DNA of 64,000 bases from Opitutales bacterium. Lineage in GTDB: Bacteria > Verrucomicrobiota > Verrucomicrobiia > Opitutales > UBA2987. Every line of letters begins with the position of its first letter. The stretch's first letter is position 1. Made by a program: the position numbers and the translations under genes. The stretch spans positions 1 to 64,000 of the forward strand of contig CBDDEL010000010.1 in the NCBI GenBank assembly GCA_965226885.1, in the 5' to 3' direction. Below, in pieces: positions 20,393 to 31,472 of the stretch. Below the pieces are notes generated by a model that was not told the DNA's origin, ran no database searches, and saw nothing but the letters and a program-made list of their open reading frames with translations.

Positions 20393-21775
20393 TTAGAAAT
20401 GTGTCGGTTCGCGGGGGATGAATTTGCCTCGGGTGGGGTCGCCGGTGAATTTTGCGTTGCGGACTGCTACTTGTCCTCTGACCGTTACGGTTTCCGGGCG
20501 TCCTTCTAGGGGGAACCCTTCGAAGCCGCTGTAGTCAACGTTCATGTGGTGCGTTTTGGCGGAGATTGTGCCGCGGTAATCCGGATCGTAGATGACCAGA
20601 TCGGCGTCGCTGCCTATTTGAATGGTTCCTTTTTTGGGGAAGAGGCCAAAAATTTTGGCGGCTTGGGTGGAGGCTACATCGACGAATTGGTGGACATCTA
20701 GACGGCCTTTGCGCACACCGTTGGTATAGAGCAATTTTACCCGCTCCTCGATGGCCGGCACACCGTTTGGAATTTTGGTGAAATCATCTTTGCCCATTGG
20801 TTTTTGGGTGGCGAAGTCAAACGGCGCATGGTCTGTGCCAACGGTGCTGACGAGTCCGCTGCGGAGTGCGTCCCAGAGGATCTTCTGATTGCTTTTTTCC
20901 CTGATGGGCGGGGACATGACGTACTTTGCGCCCTCGAAATCGGAAAGTTCGGCGTAGGAACTGTCCAGCATAAGGTAGGGGATGACCGTTTCCACCCATA
21001 CCTTGGCGCCCCGGTATTTGGCGGCCTCGGCCACCCGCAGGGAAGCGTCGCAACTGGTGTGCACGATATAGACGTGGGCGTCATGCAATCCGGCAAAGGT
21101 GCAGAGGTGGTGCACCCCGTGGGCCTCAACGGTTACCGGGCGGCTGCGTTCGTGCCACTCGGTGCTTGTTTTTCCGGCAGCGATAAATTCCTTCTGCCGC
21201 TCCTCCACGGCGGTGGGATTCTCGCAATGGGCGGTGGTTATGATGCCGTGTTCCTTGGCAAATTTCAGGGTGTGGTAGAGTTCGTCATCTGTCACCCCGA
21301 AGGCACCCTTGTAAGCGAGAAAGATTTTAAAGGAAGCAATGCCTTTGCCCACGGCTTCTTTCAACTGGCTGGCCACGGATTCATCCCAACGGGTTACGCC
21401 GAGGTGGAAGGTATAGTCGCATGCGGAATACCCGCTCGCTTTCGCATTCCAGAGGTCGAAAGCCTCCATAGGCTCCTCCGTTCGCGCGGGTACGACCATT
21501 TCGATATAAGTGGTCGTCCCTCCGAGCAGAGCTGCCTGGCTGCCCGTTGTGTGGGTGTCCTTGGCGTAAGTGCCCATGAAAGGCAGGTAAATATGCACAT
21601 GCGGATCGATGAATCCGGGAAAAACCTGCTTCCCAGTTGCATCGATCACCTCGGTATCGGGCGGCGCGGAGAGGTCTTTTCCGATGCGGGTAATCTGTTC
21701 GCCTTGGCAATAAATATCGGCCAAATAACGTTCGCTTGCCGTAATTACTTCACCATTTTTTATTAGCAGTGGCAT
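20393..21775 (-). CDS. hydA: Dihydropyrimidinase
   Basis: PGFIDPHVH, SFKIF, AHCEN, SPPIR, TDHAPF, IPNG. Confidence 0.92.
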   Translation of the reverse strand: MPLLIKNGEVITASERYLADIYCQGEQITRIGKDLSAPPDTEVIDATGKQVFPGFIDPHVHIYLPFMGTYAKDTHTTGSQAALLGGTTTYIEMVVPARTEEPMEAFDLWNAKASGYSACDYTFHLGVTRWDESVASQLKEAVGKGIASFKIFLAYKGAFGVTDDELYHTLKFAKEHGIITTAHCENPTAVEERQKEFIAAGKTSTEWHERSRPVTVEAHGVHHLCTFAGLHDAHVYIVHTSCDASLRVAEAAKYRGAKVWVETVIPYLMLDSSYAELSDFEGAKYVMSPPIREKSNQKILWDALRSGLVSTVGTDHAPFDFATQKPMGKDDFTKIPNGVPAIEERVKLLYTNGVRKGRLDVHQFVDVASTQAAKIFGLFPKKGTIQIGSDADLVIYDPDYRGTISAKTHHMNVDYSGFEGFPLEGRPETVTVRGQVAVRNAKFTGDPTRGKFIPREPTHF

Positions 21776-21823
21776 GATAATTTATAGGTTATGCCTTCTT
21801 GGCGGTTGGGTTTATAATTTAAC

Positions 21824-23326
21824 TTATGCCTTGCGCCAGACATCGCCTTCTCCTTCGGCGAACCAGCGGGAGGTGACGACCTTTCGTTTGAGGTAGAAAT
21901 CGGCGCCTTCCCGGCCTTGCATGTGCCGGTCTCCATAAAAGGATTCGTTCCAGCCGGTGAATGGAAACATGGCCATGGAGGCGGGAACGCCTACATTGAT
22001 GCCAACCATGCCGCCGTGGACGCGGTGTTTGAACTCGCGGGCGGCGCGCCCGGACTGGGTGTAAATAGCGGTGCCATTACCAAAGGGAGAGGCATTGGCC
22101 AATGCAATGGCGCTTTCCAGGTCGTCGACCCGAATAACATTCAAGACCGGACCGAAGACTTCCTCATTATCGATGGTCATGCCTTTGCGCACATGGTCAA
22201 CGACAGTTGCTCCGACATAGAAGCCATTAGGCGCTTCCGGTACGTTGGGAGAACGCCCGTCGGCCAGGATTTTGGCCCCTTCTGCGGCGCTTCCACTAAT
22301 GAGGTCGTTGATACGGTCGCGGTGCGGACCGGTGATGACGGGGCCCATTTTTGGCTGTGGAAGCCTGTCGGTGGGACCAACTTTAATACTGTTGGCCGCA
22401 TCCACCAGGACCGGCGTCAGCAGGTCACCCGCTTGGCCCACGGCAATGGCGGTGGAACTCGCCATGCAGCGTTCTCCTGCGCATCCGAAGGCACCCCCCG
22501 CCAGGCCGTCAACCGTTTTGGCGATATCGGCGTCGGGCATGACGATGATATAGTTTTTGGCCCCGCCGTTGGCCTGGACTCTTTTTCCATGCCGGGTGCC
22601 GGTTTCATAAATATATTTGGCCACAGGAGAAGATCCGACAAAGGAAATAGCCTCGATATCAGGATGAGTGAGGATGGCATTAACGCAATCCTTGGCTCCA
22701 TGCACCAGATTGAGCACTCCTTTGGGAAGACCTGCCTGGACCAGCAATTCAACCATGCGGACAGCCGAAAGCGGCACTTTTTCACTTGGTTTGAGGACGA
22801 AGGTATTTCCGCAAGCCAGAGCCAGGGGAAACATCCACATCGGAACCATGACGGGGAAGTTGAACGGCGTAATGCCCGCACAGACACCTAGGGGTTGTTT
22901 CAGCATCTCGCAATCGATGCCAGCAGCCACGTTTTCCATGATGTCTCCCATCATCATTTCCGAAATGCCGCAGGCATATTCGACGCTCTCCAGACCCCTT
23001 TGCATGCTGCCCCGTGACTCCCCGAGGGTTTTACCGTGCTCGCGGGTAATCATTTCGGACAAAGACTCAAAGTTTTCTTCCAACAGCATTCGGTAGCGGA
23101 AGAGTACACGGACTCTTTCCAGGGGGGGTGTTTCGCTCCAGGCCGGAAAGGCCTCCTTGGCCGATTGTACTGCCTGGTTGACAAAATCGGCGTTGGCAAG
23201 AGGCGTTTCCGAAATTACTTCACCCGTCGAGGGATTGTAAACCGGCAAGGTTGGCAAATCTTTGCCCTCGACCCATTCGCCATTGATGAGCATCGGGCAA
23301 GGTTTTAAATCATTGGAGGTAATCAT
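21824..23326 (-). CDS. mmsA: CoA-acylating (methyl)malonate-semialdehyde dehydrogenase
   Basis: ITPFNFPVM, KPSEK, SFVGS, GAKN, GCAGERCMA, EEVFGP. Confidence 0.92.
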   Translation of the reverse strand: MITSNDLKPCPMLINGEWVEGKDLPTLPVYNPSTGEVISETPLANADFVNQAVQSAKEAFPAWSETPPLERVRVLFRYRMLLEENFESLSEMITREHGKTLGESRGSMQRGLESVEYACGISEMMMGDIMENVAAGIDCEMLKQPLGVCAGITPFNFPVMVPMWMFPLALACGNTFVLKPSEKVPLSAVRMVELLVQAGLPKGVLNLVHGAKDCVNAILTHPDIEAISFVGSSPVAKYIYETGTRHGKRVQANGGAKNYIIVMPDADIAKTVDGLAGGAFGCAGERCMASSTAIAVGQAGDLLTPVLVDAANSIKVGPTDRLPQPKMGPVITGPHRDRINDLISGSAAEGAKILADGRSPNVPEAPNGFYVGATVVDHVRKGMTIDNEEVFGPVLNVIRVDDLESAIALANASPFGNGTAIYTQSGRAAREFKHRVHGGMVGINVGVPASMAMFPFTGWNESFYGDRHMQGREGADFYLKRKVVTSRWFAEGEGDVWRKA

Positions 23327-23433
23327 TTTTAGTTTGGTTCGATTGTTTGACTATTAATAAAGGCTGGTGTCGAGATGAAGGATACTAGATGCTGGATGAG
23401 AGATGCTGACACCTGTATCCCTGCCTCCAGGTA

Positions 23434-24747
23434 TTACGGATGGGGCGGAATGGCTTCCATTTTCCCCTCGGCCACAAGGGTTTCATACTGTTGCCAGGTG
23501 AGCGGTTCTTTGCCGTTGGAAATGGTGGTCATGGTGATGCAATCCTCCACCGGGCAAACCAGTGCGCAAAGGTTGCAGCCCACGCAATCTTCTTCTCTCA
23601 CTTGCGGGACCGGTTTCCCCGGCAGGCGGCCCGGCCCATTGCCATGACGTTCGCCGGGTGGAACCAGATCGATGCATTGGTGGGCTCCATCTTCGCAGGC
23701 AATATAACAGAGGTTGCAGCCGATGCATTTCTCGTAGTCGATTCGGGCCACCCGCTGGTAACTAAGATCGAGGGTTTCCCAGTTTTGTATGCTGGCCACC
23801 GATTTTCCATGAAGATCATAAATGGTCTCAAAACCCTTGGAATCGAGATAGTCGTTCAACCCTTCTATCATATCTTCGACGATGCGAAAACCGCGGTGCA
23901 TGATGGCGGTGCAGACTTGCAGGCTGGTCGCGCCCAGAGCGATAAATTCGGCGGAGTCGCGCCAATTTCCAATTCCTCCAATGCCGGAAATGGGCAGCCC
24001 GACTTCGGGATCGGCCGCGCAGCTTTGCACCATGTTCATGGCGATGGGTTTTACGGCCGGGCCGCAATAGCCGCCGTGGGTGCTTTTTCCCGCCACAAAG
24101 GGCTCGGGAACCAAGGTGTCGAGGTTCACATTGGTGATGCTGTTGATGGTGTTAATGAGAGAGATGGCATCGGCCCCGGCTCGCCGGGCGGCCCGGGCGG
24201 GCGCGGTGATATCGGTGATGTTCGGCGTCAGCTTGACGATCACCGGGATGGTGGCGACTTCCATCACCCAACCGGTAATTTTTTCCAGCACATCCGGCTG
24301 TTGGCCGACGGCCGAACCCATTCCGCGCTCGCACATGCCGTGGGGGCAGCCGTAGTTAAGCTCGATTCCGTCGGCTCCGCAATCGGCCGAGCGTTTGACG
24401 TATTCGTGCCACTGTTCGCGCGTATCGACCATCAAGGAGGCGATGACGGCATGCTTCGGCCAGCGTTTTTTGACCTCCGCGATCTCGCGAAAATTGGTTT
24501 CCGGCGACCGATCCGTGATGAGCTCGATATTGTTGAACCCAACTATCTGGGCCGCTCCCACATTGAGGGCGGAATAGCGTGAGGACACATTGACGATGGG
24601 TTCACCAATGGTTTTCCAGACCACTCCGCCCCAGCCGGCCTCGAAAGCCCGGTGGGCCTGGTAGGCCGAGTTGGCGGGCGGTCCCGAGGCCACCCAAAAG
24701 GGGTTGGGCGAGGAGATGCCGGCGAAATTTATGGAAAGGTCAGCCAT
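23434..24747 (-). CDS. preA: NAD-dependent dihydropyrimidine dehydrogenase subunit PreA
   Basis: WKT, ELNYGCPHGM, KLTPN, INT, GGYCGPAVKP, C-terminal 2x[4Fe-4S]. Confidence 0.95.
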   Translation of the reverse strand: MADLSINFAGISSPNPFWVASGPPANSAYQAHRAFEAGWGGVVWKTIGEPIVNVSSRYSALNVGAAQIVGFNNIELITDRSPETNFREIAEVKKRWPKHAVIASLMVDTREQWHEYVKRSADCGADGIELNYGCPHGMCERGMGSAVGQQPDVLEKITGWVMEVATIPVIVKLTPNITDITAPARAARRAGADAISLINTINSITNVNLDTLVPEPFVAGKSTHGGYCGPAVKPIAMNMVQSCAADPEVGLPISGIGGIGNWRDSAEFIALGATSLQVCTAIMHRGFRIVEDMIEGLNDYLDSKGFETIYDLHGKSVASIQNWETLDLSYQRVARIDYEKCIGCNLCYIACEDGAHQCIDLVPPGERHGNGPGRLPGKPVPQVREEDCVGCNLCALVCPVEDCITMTTISNGKEPLTWQQYETLVAEGKMEAIPPHP

Positions 24748-24774
24748 TTATTTGATAATTTTTCCCATCGCCGG

Positions 24775-26208
24775 TCAAAGTTCGGTGATCCGGATGGGAT
24801 GATTGAATCCAGAGCCCCTGGGGACGCCATTTACACCGAAACGTGATGGCTGCAAGGGCGCATCTGCAGGTTTTCCGCCAAGAAATGCGTGGATGCCCCT
24901 GGCTCCTTTGATGCCCTCGGCCACGGCGTTGACGACTTCCCGTCCTCCATTGGCGCAATCCCCACCGCAAAAGACCTTATCCACATTTGTCTGCCCGGTG
25001 GCTGGGTCGAGTTTTACCGTGCCGTTGGGGTTCAAATCCAGTTGAGGAAAGAGGGAGCGCATCATCCCGACCTGCTTTTTGCTGCCCACGGCCTTGAGGA
25101 CCATGTCGCAGGGGAAGGAAAATTCGGTCCCCGGCAGTGGCGTGGGGCGCCCGTTAGGTCCAGGTTCGGTTTTTTGCAAAGTGAGGGCAGAGACATGACC
25201 TTCGTTATCGGCCACAACTTCCTTGATTATGGTGTGGAAAAGAAAATCGCCCCCGTCACTCTTGGCCAGTTCGAACTCGAAATCGTAGGCGGGCATGTCC
25301 ACTTCTCCCCGCCGGTAAATGATGGTGGCGTTTTTGGCCCCCAGGCGTTTCGATTGGGTCAGGGCGTCGATAGCCGTGTTGCCGCAACCGATTACGGCTA
25401 CATCGTCCCCGACAGGAACCTCGTGCAGTGGTTGTGAGTGGACATCGGCGATAAAATCCAATGCATCGACGACTTCCGGCAAATCTTCCCCCGGCACATC
25501 CATGCGGTGGCTTTTCCCCAGGCCTATTCCGATGAACACGGCGTCGAAATTTTCCAGCAATTCATCGGTCGAAATATCCCTGCCTGCTTCCACTCCGCAC
25601 CGTATTTCCACTCCCAGGTTCTTGATCATTTCGATCTCCCGCAGGCTGACGGAGGGGCGCATCTTGTAAAAAGCGATGCCGTAGGTATTTAAACCGCCGG
25701 GAAGTTCCCCTTTTTCAAAAATGACGACTTCATGCCCTAGTTGGGCCAGCTCCGCGGCGCAGCCCAGCCCGGCCGGCCCACTACCAATAATGGCGATCCG
25801 GTAGCCAGTTTTTGACTCTGGCGCGGAGAGAACCTCGATTCCATTTTTATGGACGTGATCGGTGGCATATCGTTGCAGACGGCCGATTTTCACCGGGTCG
25901 CCCTCTCGGGCCAAGACCACGCAGGCGCCTTCGCAGAGTACGTTTGTGGGGCAAACCTGGGCGCAACTGGCCCCCAGTGGATTAGCCTTGAGAATGGTCC
26001 GGGCGGAAGCGGTCGGATTGGCGGAGGCAATTTTCTTGATGAAGGATGGAATGTCGATGCCGGTGGGACAGGCCATGATGCAGGGCGCATCGAAGCAAAA
26101 GAGGCACCGATTGGCTTCTATGGCGGCCTCCTGTTGCGAGTAGGGCGGTTTATAACCGGCCATATTTTGTTCAGCCTGGGAGGAATTCAGTTTTGCAGAA
26201 ACAGCCAT
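24775..26208 (-). CDS. preT: Dihydropyrimidine dehydrogenase subunit PreT (GltD-like)
   Basis: RCLFCFDAPC..CP, GSGPAG, GCGNTAID, GGD; adjacent to preA. Confidence 0.9.
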   Translation of the reverse strand: MAVSAKLNSSQAEQNMAGYKPPYSQQEAAIEANRCLFCFDAPCIMACPTGIDIPSFIKKIASANPTASARTILKANPLGASCAQVCPTNVLCEGACVVLAREGDPVKIGRLQRYATDHVHKNGIEVLSAPESKTGYRIAIIGSGPAGLGCAAELAQLGHEVVIFEKGELPGGLNTYGIAFYKMRPSVSLREIEMIKNLGVEIRCGVEAGRDISTDELLENFDAVFIGIGLGKSHRMDVPGEDLPEVVDALDFIADVHSQPLHEVPVGDDVAVIGCGNTAIDALTQSKRLGAKNATIIYRRGEVDMPAYDFEFELAKSDGGDFLFHTIIKEVVADNEGHVSALTLQKTEPGPNGRPTPLPGTEFSFPCDMVLKAVGSKKQVGMMRSLFPQLDLNPNGTVKLDPATGQTNVDKVFCGGDCANGGREVVNAVAEGIKGARGIHAFLGGKPADAPLQPSRFGVNGVPRGSGFNHPIRITEL

Positions 26209-26359
26209 AAGCTCAAATTTTTTGTCGTCTTATCACCATTCGTCATTTTATCATAAGTCTTTGCCCACTAAAATCAAACAGACTAGAACTGAAACATAAA
26301 ATTTGCAAGCGCTGAATAAGGCCGCTTATGCAGCAACAACAGTAAACAGGAGGCATAAA

Positions 26360-27229
26360 ATGGCAAGAATCGTCAGAGGTGGTTTAATCCAGTCAACCGT
26401 CACCCACGAGGGCACTGCCCCTTTGGATGAAATAAAGGCTGCCATGATTGAAAAGCATATCGCCATGATCGAGGAGGCCGCCGCCAAGGGCTGCCAGGTG
26501 GTTTGTTTGCAGGAAATTTTTTACGGCCCTTATTTCTGTTGCGAGCAGGACACCCGCTGGTACGACACCACTGAAGAAATTCCGGACGGTCCTACCACGC
26601 AGTTGATGATGGAAACGGCCCGCCGTCTCGGCCTGGTCCTTATCGTTCCCATTTACGAGGTGGACATAGCCGGCGTTTATTACAACACGGCCTCTGTTAT
26701 CGACGCCGATGGGACCTATTTAGGCAAATATCGCAAAAACCACATCCCTCACGTTCATCCCGGTTTTTGGGAAAAATTTTATTTCAAACCCGGCAACCTC
26801 GGCTATCCGGTTTTTGAAACCGCCATCGGCAAAGTCGGGGTCTATATCTGCTACGACCGGCATTTCCCCGACGGGGCGCGCTGCCTCGGCCTCAACGGGG
26901 CGGAAATCGTGTTCAATCCATCGGCCACAGTGGCCGGATTGAGCGAATACCTGTGGAAACTGGAGCAGCCCGCCCACGCCGCCGCCAACGGTTATTTTAT
27001 CGGTGCCATCAACCGGGTTGGATTCGAGAAACCGTGGGAAATGGGCGAATTTTACGGCCAGTCCTATTTTTGCGATCCGCGCGGCCAGATTTTCGCCTGC
27101 GGCAGCCGGGACAAGGATGAAGTGATTGTCGCTGACATCGATTTCGACTTGATTCGGGAGGTCCGCAACACCTGGCAATTTTATCGCGACCGGCGCCCCG
27201 AAACCTACGGTGCCATCACTGCGCCCTAA
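26360..27229 (+). CDS. Nitrilase-family beta-ureidopropionase
   Basis: LQEIF, YRKNHIP, WEKFYF, ICYDRHFP (E-K-C triad); AGGAGG upstream; divergent from preT. Confidence 0.85.
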   Translation: MARIVRGGLIQSTVTHEGTAPLDEIKAAMIEKHIAMIEEAAAKGCQVVCLQEIFYGPYFCCEQDTRWYDTTEEIPDGPTTQLMMETARRLGLVLIVPIYEVDIAGVYYNTASVIDADGTYLGKYRKNHIPHVHPGFWEKFYFKPGNLGYPVFETAIGKVGVYICYDRHFPDGARCLGLNGAEIVFNPSATVAGLSEYLWKLEQPAHAAANGYFIGAINRVGFEKPWEMGEFYGQSYFCDPRGQIFACGSRDKDEVIVADIDFDLIREVRNTWQFYRDRRPETYGAITAP

Positions 27230-27258
27230 GCGGACACTTTGCGGTTACACCTCCCACT

Positions 27259-29073
27259 GTGAAATACTATTTATTTTGTGCCTTGGCCTTTTTAATGGCC
27301 TCGAATGCTTTGGCCGAACGGGCTCGCATCGTCATTGATGGCCTGTTTGGTGATTGGGCCGATGTTACGCCTGTTTACTCCGATTTTGAAGGCGAAGCGG
27401 GCCCAGGCCAGGTCGATTTCCTCAATCTTTGGCTGGCCGACGATGAGGACTTCCTTTTTTTCCGAATCGAAACGGTGGAGGAATTCGATTCCAGCGAAAA
27501 CAACCAGGTCGTTCTTTACATCGACGCCGATGACAATCCATCGACCGGCTTGGCCGTTGGCGGAATCGGGGCCGAGGTGGAATGGCGGATGGGAGGGCGG
27601 CGGGGGACTGCTTACTTCGGCGATGGCAGCACCGTGTTTTTCAACTACTGGAATGTTCGTTTTCGAGGCGCACCCACAGTGGATGCCTCCGAATTTGAGT
27701 TTGCCATAGGAAGGAGTGAAATCGAAGCCGGTGCAGGTTTTTCCATGCGCATCCTGTGGGTTGATGAGGGCAGTGGCGACAGTCTTCCGGGAGAGGGCGA
27801 AACCCTCAGCTACACCTTCGATCAAGGCGATGCCTTGCCTCCTCTCAACTTGCTCTCAATGGAGCGGGAGAAATCCGACGATTTGCGAGTGGTCACTTAC
27901 AATGTTCTTTTCGACAATCTTTTTAATCCCAATGCCCAGCCAGGATTTCGCCGGCAAATTCAGGCGGTTGCTCCTGACATAATCAGCTTTCAGGAAATCT
28001 ACAACCATAGTGTCCAGGCGACAATTGATTTGGTCACGCAATGGGTTCCCTTGCCGGATGGCGAAGTCTGACATGGGGCGGGCCGTTTCGTGCCTAATAA
28101 CGATACCATCATTGTCAGCCGTTTCCCCATCCTGGAAACCTGGCAACTCTTCGGTTCCAGCACTACCACCGGAAACCTGGCTGCTCTTATCGATACAAGG
28201 TCGGTTTTGGGTCGAAAACTGCTTCTCATTGACGCCCACCTTCCGTCGGGATCGGATGAAATCCGGCGGCAGCAGGAGGTCGATCTAATTATGGGATTCA
28301 TTCGCGACGCCAAAGCGATTAGCGGCATTATCGTATTGGAGCCTGATGACCCCATTATCATTACCGGCGATCTCAATCTGGTGGGACGCTCCCAGCAATT
28401 ACAAACCCTCCTCGACGGCGATATTCAGGATGAAGGCAGATTTGGGCCGGATATAACTCCCGATTGGGACGGAACCGATCTGGTTGATTTGGTTTCTCGC
28501 CACACCGATGCCCCTATGGGCTATACTTGGCGCAATGATAGAGGATCGGGGGGATTCTGGCCGGGCCATCTCGATTTTATCATTTACTCGGACAGTGTTC
28601 TCGAAACCGGCAACCATTTCATCGTTTATACGCCTGAAATGTCTGACCAACGGCTTGCGCAATATGGTCTCCAAAGCGACGACTCTTTTTCCTCCGACCA
28701 CATGATGTTTGTCGGGGATTTCCGTATACCCGTTACGGATGCTTTGGGCGGGGCCGACATGGCAACTGCGCCGGGATGGCGGCGGTCCCCCTGGTATGGG
28801 GATTATTTCGCGGTTTCTTATCCCTGGATTTACCACCAGGAGCACGGTTGGCAATGGGTCGATCCCAATAGTGAAGAAGGTTCGGTTTTTCTATTCGACC
28901 CCGGCATTGGCCAATGGCTCTTCACCAACGCGGAGGTTTACCGTTTTTTGTATGTTTTCGGTCCCGTGGGGGAGGAAACCTGGATTTGGTCATTCCCGGA
29001 CAACACACCCGAATTGCGTTATTTTTTCAATTTCAGGATGGACGAACTCTTTTCCATCCCTCCTCAAAATTAG
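27259..29073 (+). pseudogene. Secreted endonuclease/exonuclease/phosphatase-family protein with Trp-rich C-terminal domain; in-frame TGA
   Basis: Signal peptide; VTYNV, FQEI, GDLN, LDFI, SDH motifs; both ORF halves are in the same frame with TGA at 28069-28071. Confidence 0.8.
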
Positions 29074-29074
29074 G

Positions 29075-29947
29075 TCAATCAACCTCTTCCTTGTAGAGCT
29101 TGTAAAGGGCCTGGGTTCCGAAGTCCTCACCGCCTTGGGAGGCGAGCAACTGGTAGAGCTTGTGGGCCAGGGTCAATCCGGGAAGGTCCAGATCCATTTC
29201 CTTGGCCGATTCCAGGGCGATGCCCATGTCCTTGATGAAATGTTTTACATAAAAACCCGGTGCAAAGTCGCCCTTAAGAAAACGGGGCGCGAGATTGCTT
29301 AAGGACCAGCTTCCGGCCGCCCCATTTTCGATGCAGGCGATAACCGCCATCGGATCCAGGGAGGCTTTTTCCGCGTAGGCCATGGCTTCGCAAATTCCCA
29401 TCATGCCGTTGGCGATGGCGATCTGGTTGCTCATTTTGGTGTGTTGCCCGGCGCCCGCCGAACCCAACAAACCGATATTTTTGCCCATTAAGTTGAACAA
29501 GGGCTCAATCCGTTTAAAAACCGCTTCATCTCCGCCCACCATAATGGAAAGGCGCGCTTCGCGGGCGCCGATGTCGCCTCCTGAAACCGGTGCGTCGAGA
29601 GAGCCAATTCCATTTTCCGCCGCCTTTTCACAAATGCGTACCGCCAATTTTGGGCTCGAAGTAGTCATATCGACCACGACGGAACCGGTTTTTGCATTGG
29701 CCAGGATGCCGTCTTCGCTCAAATAAACGGCCTCCACATCGGCCGGAAATCCCACGATGGTTATGGTGATGTCCGAATTTGCAGCCACTTTCCCCGGCGA
29801 GTCTTGCCAGACTGCTCCATCTGAAACCAGTGAATCCGCGCGGGATTTGGTGCGATTGTAAACGTTAAGCTTGTAGCCCGCTTTGAGAAGATGCCCTGCC
29901 ATGCTGCGACCCATGACGCCGGTTCCGATGAATCCAATAACTTCCAT
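29075..29947 (-). CDS. NAD(P)-dependent beta-hydroxyacid dehydrogenase (GarR/MmsB family)
   Basis: GFIGTGVMG, DAPVSGGD, GQHTKMSNQ, HFIKD. Confidence 0.9.
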   Translation of the reverse strand: MEVIGFIGTGVMGRSMAGHLLKAGYKLNVYNRTKSRADSLVSDGAVWQDSPGKVAANSDITITIVGFPADVEAVYLSEDGILANAKTGSVVVDMTTSSPKLAVRICEKAAENGIGSLDAPVSGGDIGAREARLSIMVGGDEAVFKRIEPLFNLMGKNIGLLGSAGAGQHTKMSNQIAIANGMMGICEAMAYAEKASLDPMAVIACIENGAAGSWSLSNLAPRFLKGDFAPGFYVKHFIKDMGIALESAKEMDLDLPGLTLAHKLYQLLASQGGEDFGTQALYKLYKEEVD

Positions 29948-30084
29948 TTTTTTTCAGGATTGAGATTTTGTAAAACATAATGACCCGGAAACAAGCTTCC
30001 CGGTCGTGAAAGGTTAAAAACTAAGCTCAACCGAGGCCAATAGGCAAGCCCTCCTTTTTCCCTCACATGGTTCACTAAAAAGCA

Positions 30085-30113
30085 TTCGCACAAAGACACA
30101 AAGTCGCATAGAG
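30085..30113 (+). repeat. 8-mer repeat array (GCACAAAG-like), left arm of GxxExxY cassette
   Basis: TC GCACAAAG ACACAAAG TCGCATAG; inverted counterpart at 31473-31498. Confidence 0.6.
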
Positions 30114-30232
30114 TAGGGGAAATGAACGAAAATGCGATTGGAAAGATAATCGTCGATACTGCTATCTCTGTGCATCGTGGGCTTGGCCCAGGCTTGCTTG
30201 AAATTGTCTATGAGATCGTGCTTGCCAATGAG

Positions 30233-31034
30233 GGTAGTGTATTAAGTAGGAATGGTGGCTAATTCTTGATTATATTGATGAATGAAAAGTCTCAGACAGG
30301 TTTCATGCATACTCTTAAGCTTGGAAAAGGAGAGGGTTTTGCGTGTGAAACGACCCAGTCGTTGGCGCAGGGTATTGTTCCATCGTTCCACATGGGCCGT
30401 TTCACCGGTTTCTTTTCCCACGGATCGGTTATGAGGAAAGACTTCATCATAAGTGCTCCAAAAGTCGCTGTAGGTGGCACATCTTTTGTAGGCCCGTGGC
30501 AGACGCTCGTAAAGTTCCCGGCAACGATACCAATCCCGAGGCCCAATGGCATAGGAGAGGATTTGACGGGTGCGTCGGCAAAGAGCGATCCAAACCCATT
30601 GGGCATCGCTCTTGCGCCCCACAAAAGACCACAGTTCGTCCAGTTCAATGACATCATGGCGGCGGGCCGCAAGAATCGTGCTTTTGAGCGGTCGCAGCGA
30701 TTGTCGTTTTTTTTAACCAACTCAAAACGGTGTTGGGACTCACCCCGAAGGCGCGCTGTAAACCGCGTAGACTGCTGCGTTCCTGATAGACTCGAAGGAT
30801 CATTTCTTTTTGCTCTTCGGTGTATTTCACTGTGGGGTTTTCGCGGCTTTGTTTACCACAATCATGGCAGCGGTAGCGCTGTTTATGGTTGGGCGTCTTG
30901 CCAAATTTAATGATATTTTCACTTCCACAGTGCCGACAATTAATAATTTTAGTAACCATGCACTAAGAATAAACTGCCTAACGCTATTTGTACAGCTAAA
31001 AATACAAAATAACATTCTTTTTTTATACACTACC
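30233..31034 (-). mobile_element. IS1-family element, copy 1 (802 bp)
   Basis: Ends GGTAGTGTAT/ATACACTACC; 8-bp TSD CCAATGAG. Confidence 0.95.
30242..30959 (-). CDS. IS1 InsA/InsB transposase via -1 frameshift
   Basis: Zn finger CRHC...CHDC plus HTH; A8C slippery run near 30710; InsB with SDFW and VERWNNTLR. Confidence 0.85.
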
Positions 31035-31472
31035 CCAATGAGCTTGCTCAAAATGGATTGAAAGTTCAACGTCAAGTTCCTATACCAATTGAATATCGTG
31101 GAATAAAATCTGACGAAGGTTTCAGGGCAGACCTCGTTGTGGAAGAAAAAGTCATTATAGAACTGAAGTCTGTCGAATCGACTTCACGAATTCATAAGAA
31201 GCAAGTGCTGACTTATTTAAAACTAATGGACTTAAAACTTGGTTTTTTGTTGAATTTCGGCGAATCCCTGATGAAGGACGGAATAACGAGATTGGTTAAC
31301 GGCATAATTGAATAATTAACCCAATGGATCATTAAAAGAATTCGCACAAAGTCGCCAAGAGTGAGGAAAATGACGAAAAATGTGATAAAAATAAAATGTA
31401 ATCGTCACTGGCTTAAAATCTTGCTTGATAAACTGAAGAACGGCGGAGCCCATTCAAACCAGTAACTCAAAG

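Larger units (their letters stand above)
30122..31315 (+). pseudogene. GxxExxY protein (PD-(D/E)xK-like) disrupted by IS1
   Basis: VHRGLGPGLLEIVY...RADLVVEEKVIIELKS...LLNFG; frame restored on IS removal. Confidence 0.9.

Noticed and set aside
20804..25437. Long antisense ORFs (320, 324 and 380 aa) over the pyrimidine genes
   Set aside because: Shadow frames of well-conserved genes with no recognisable motifs
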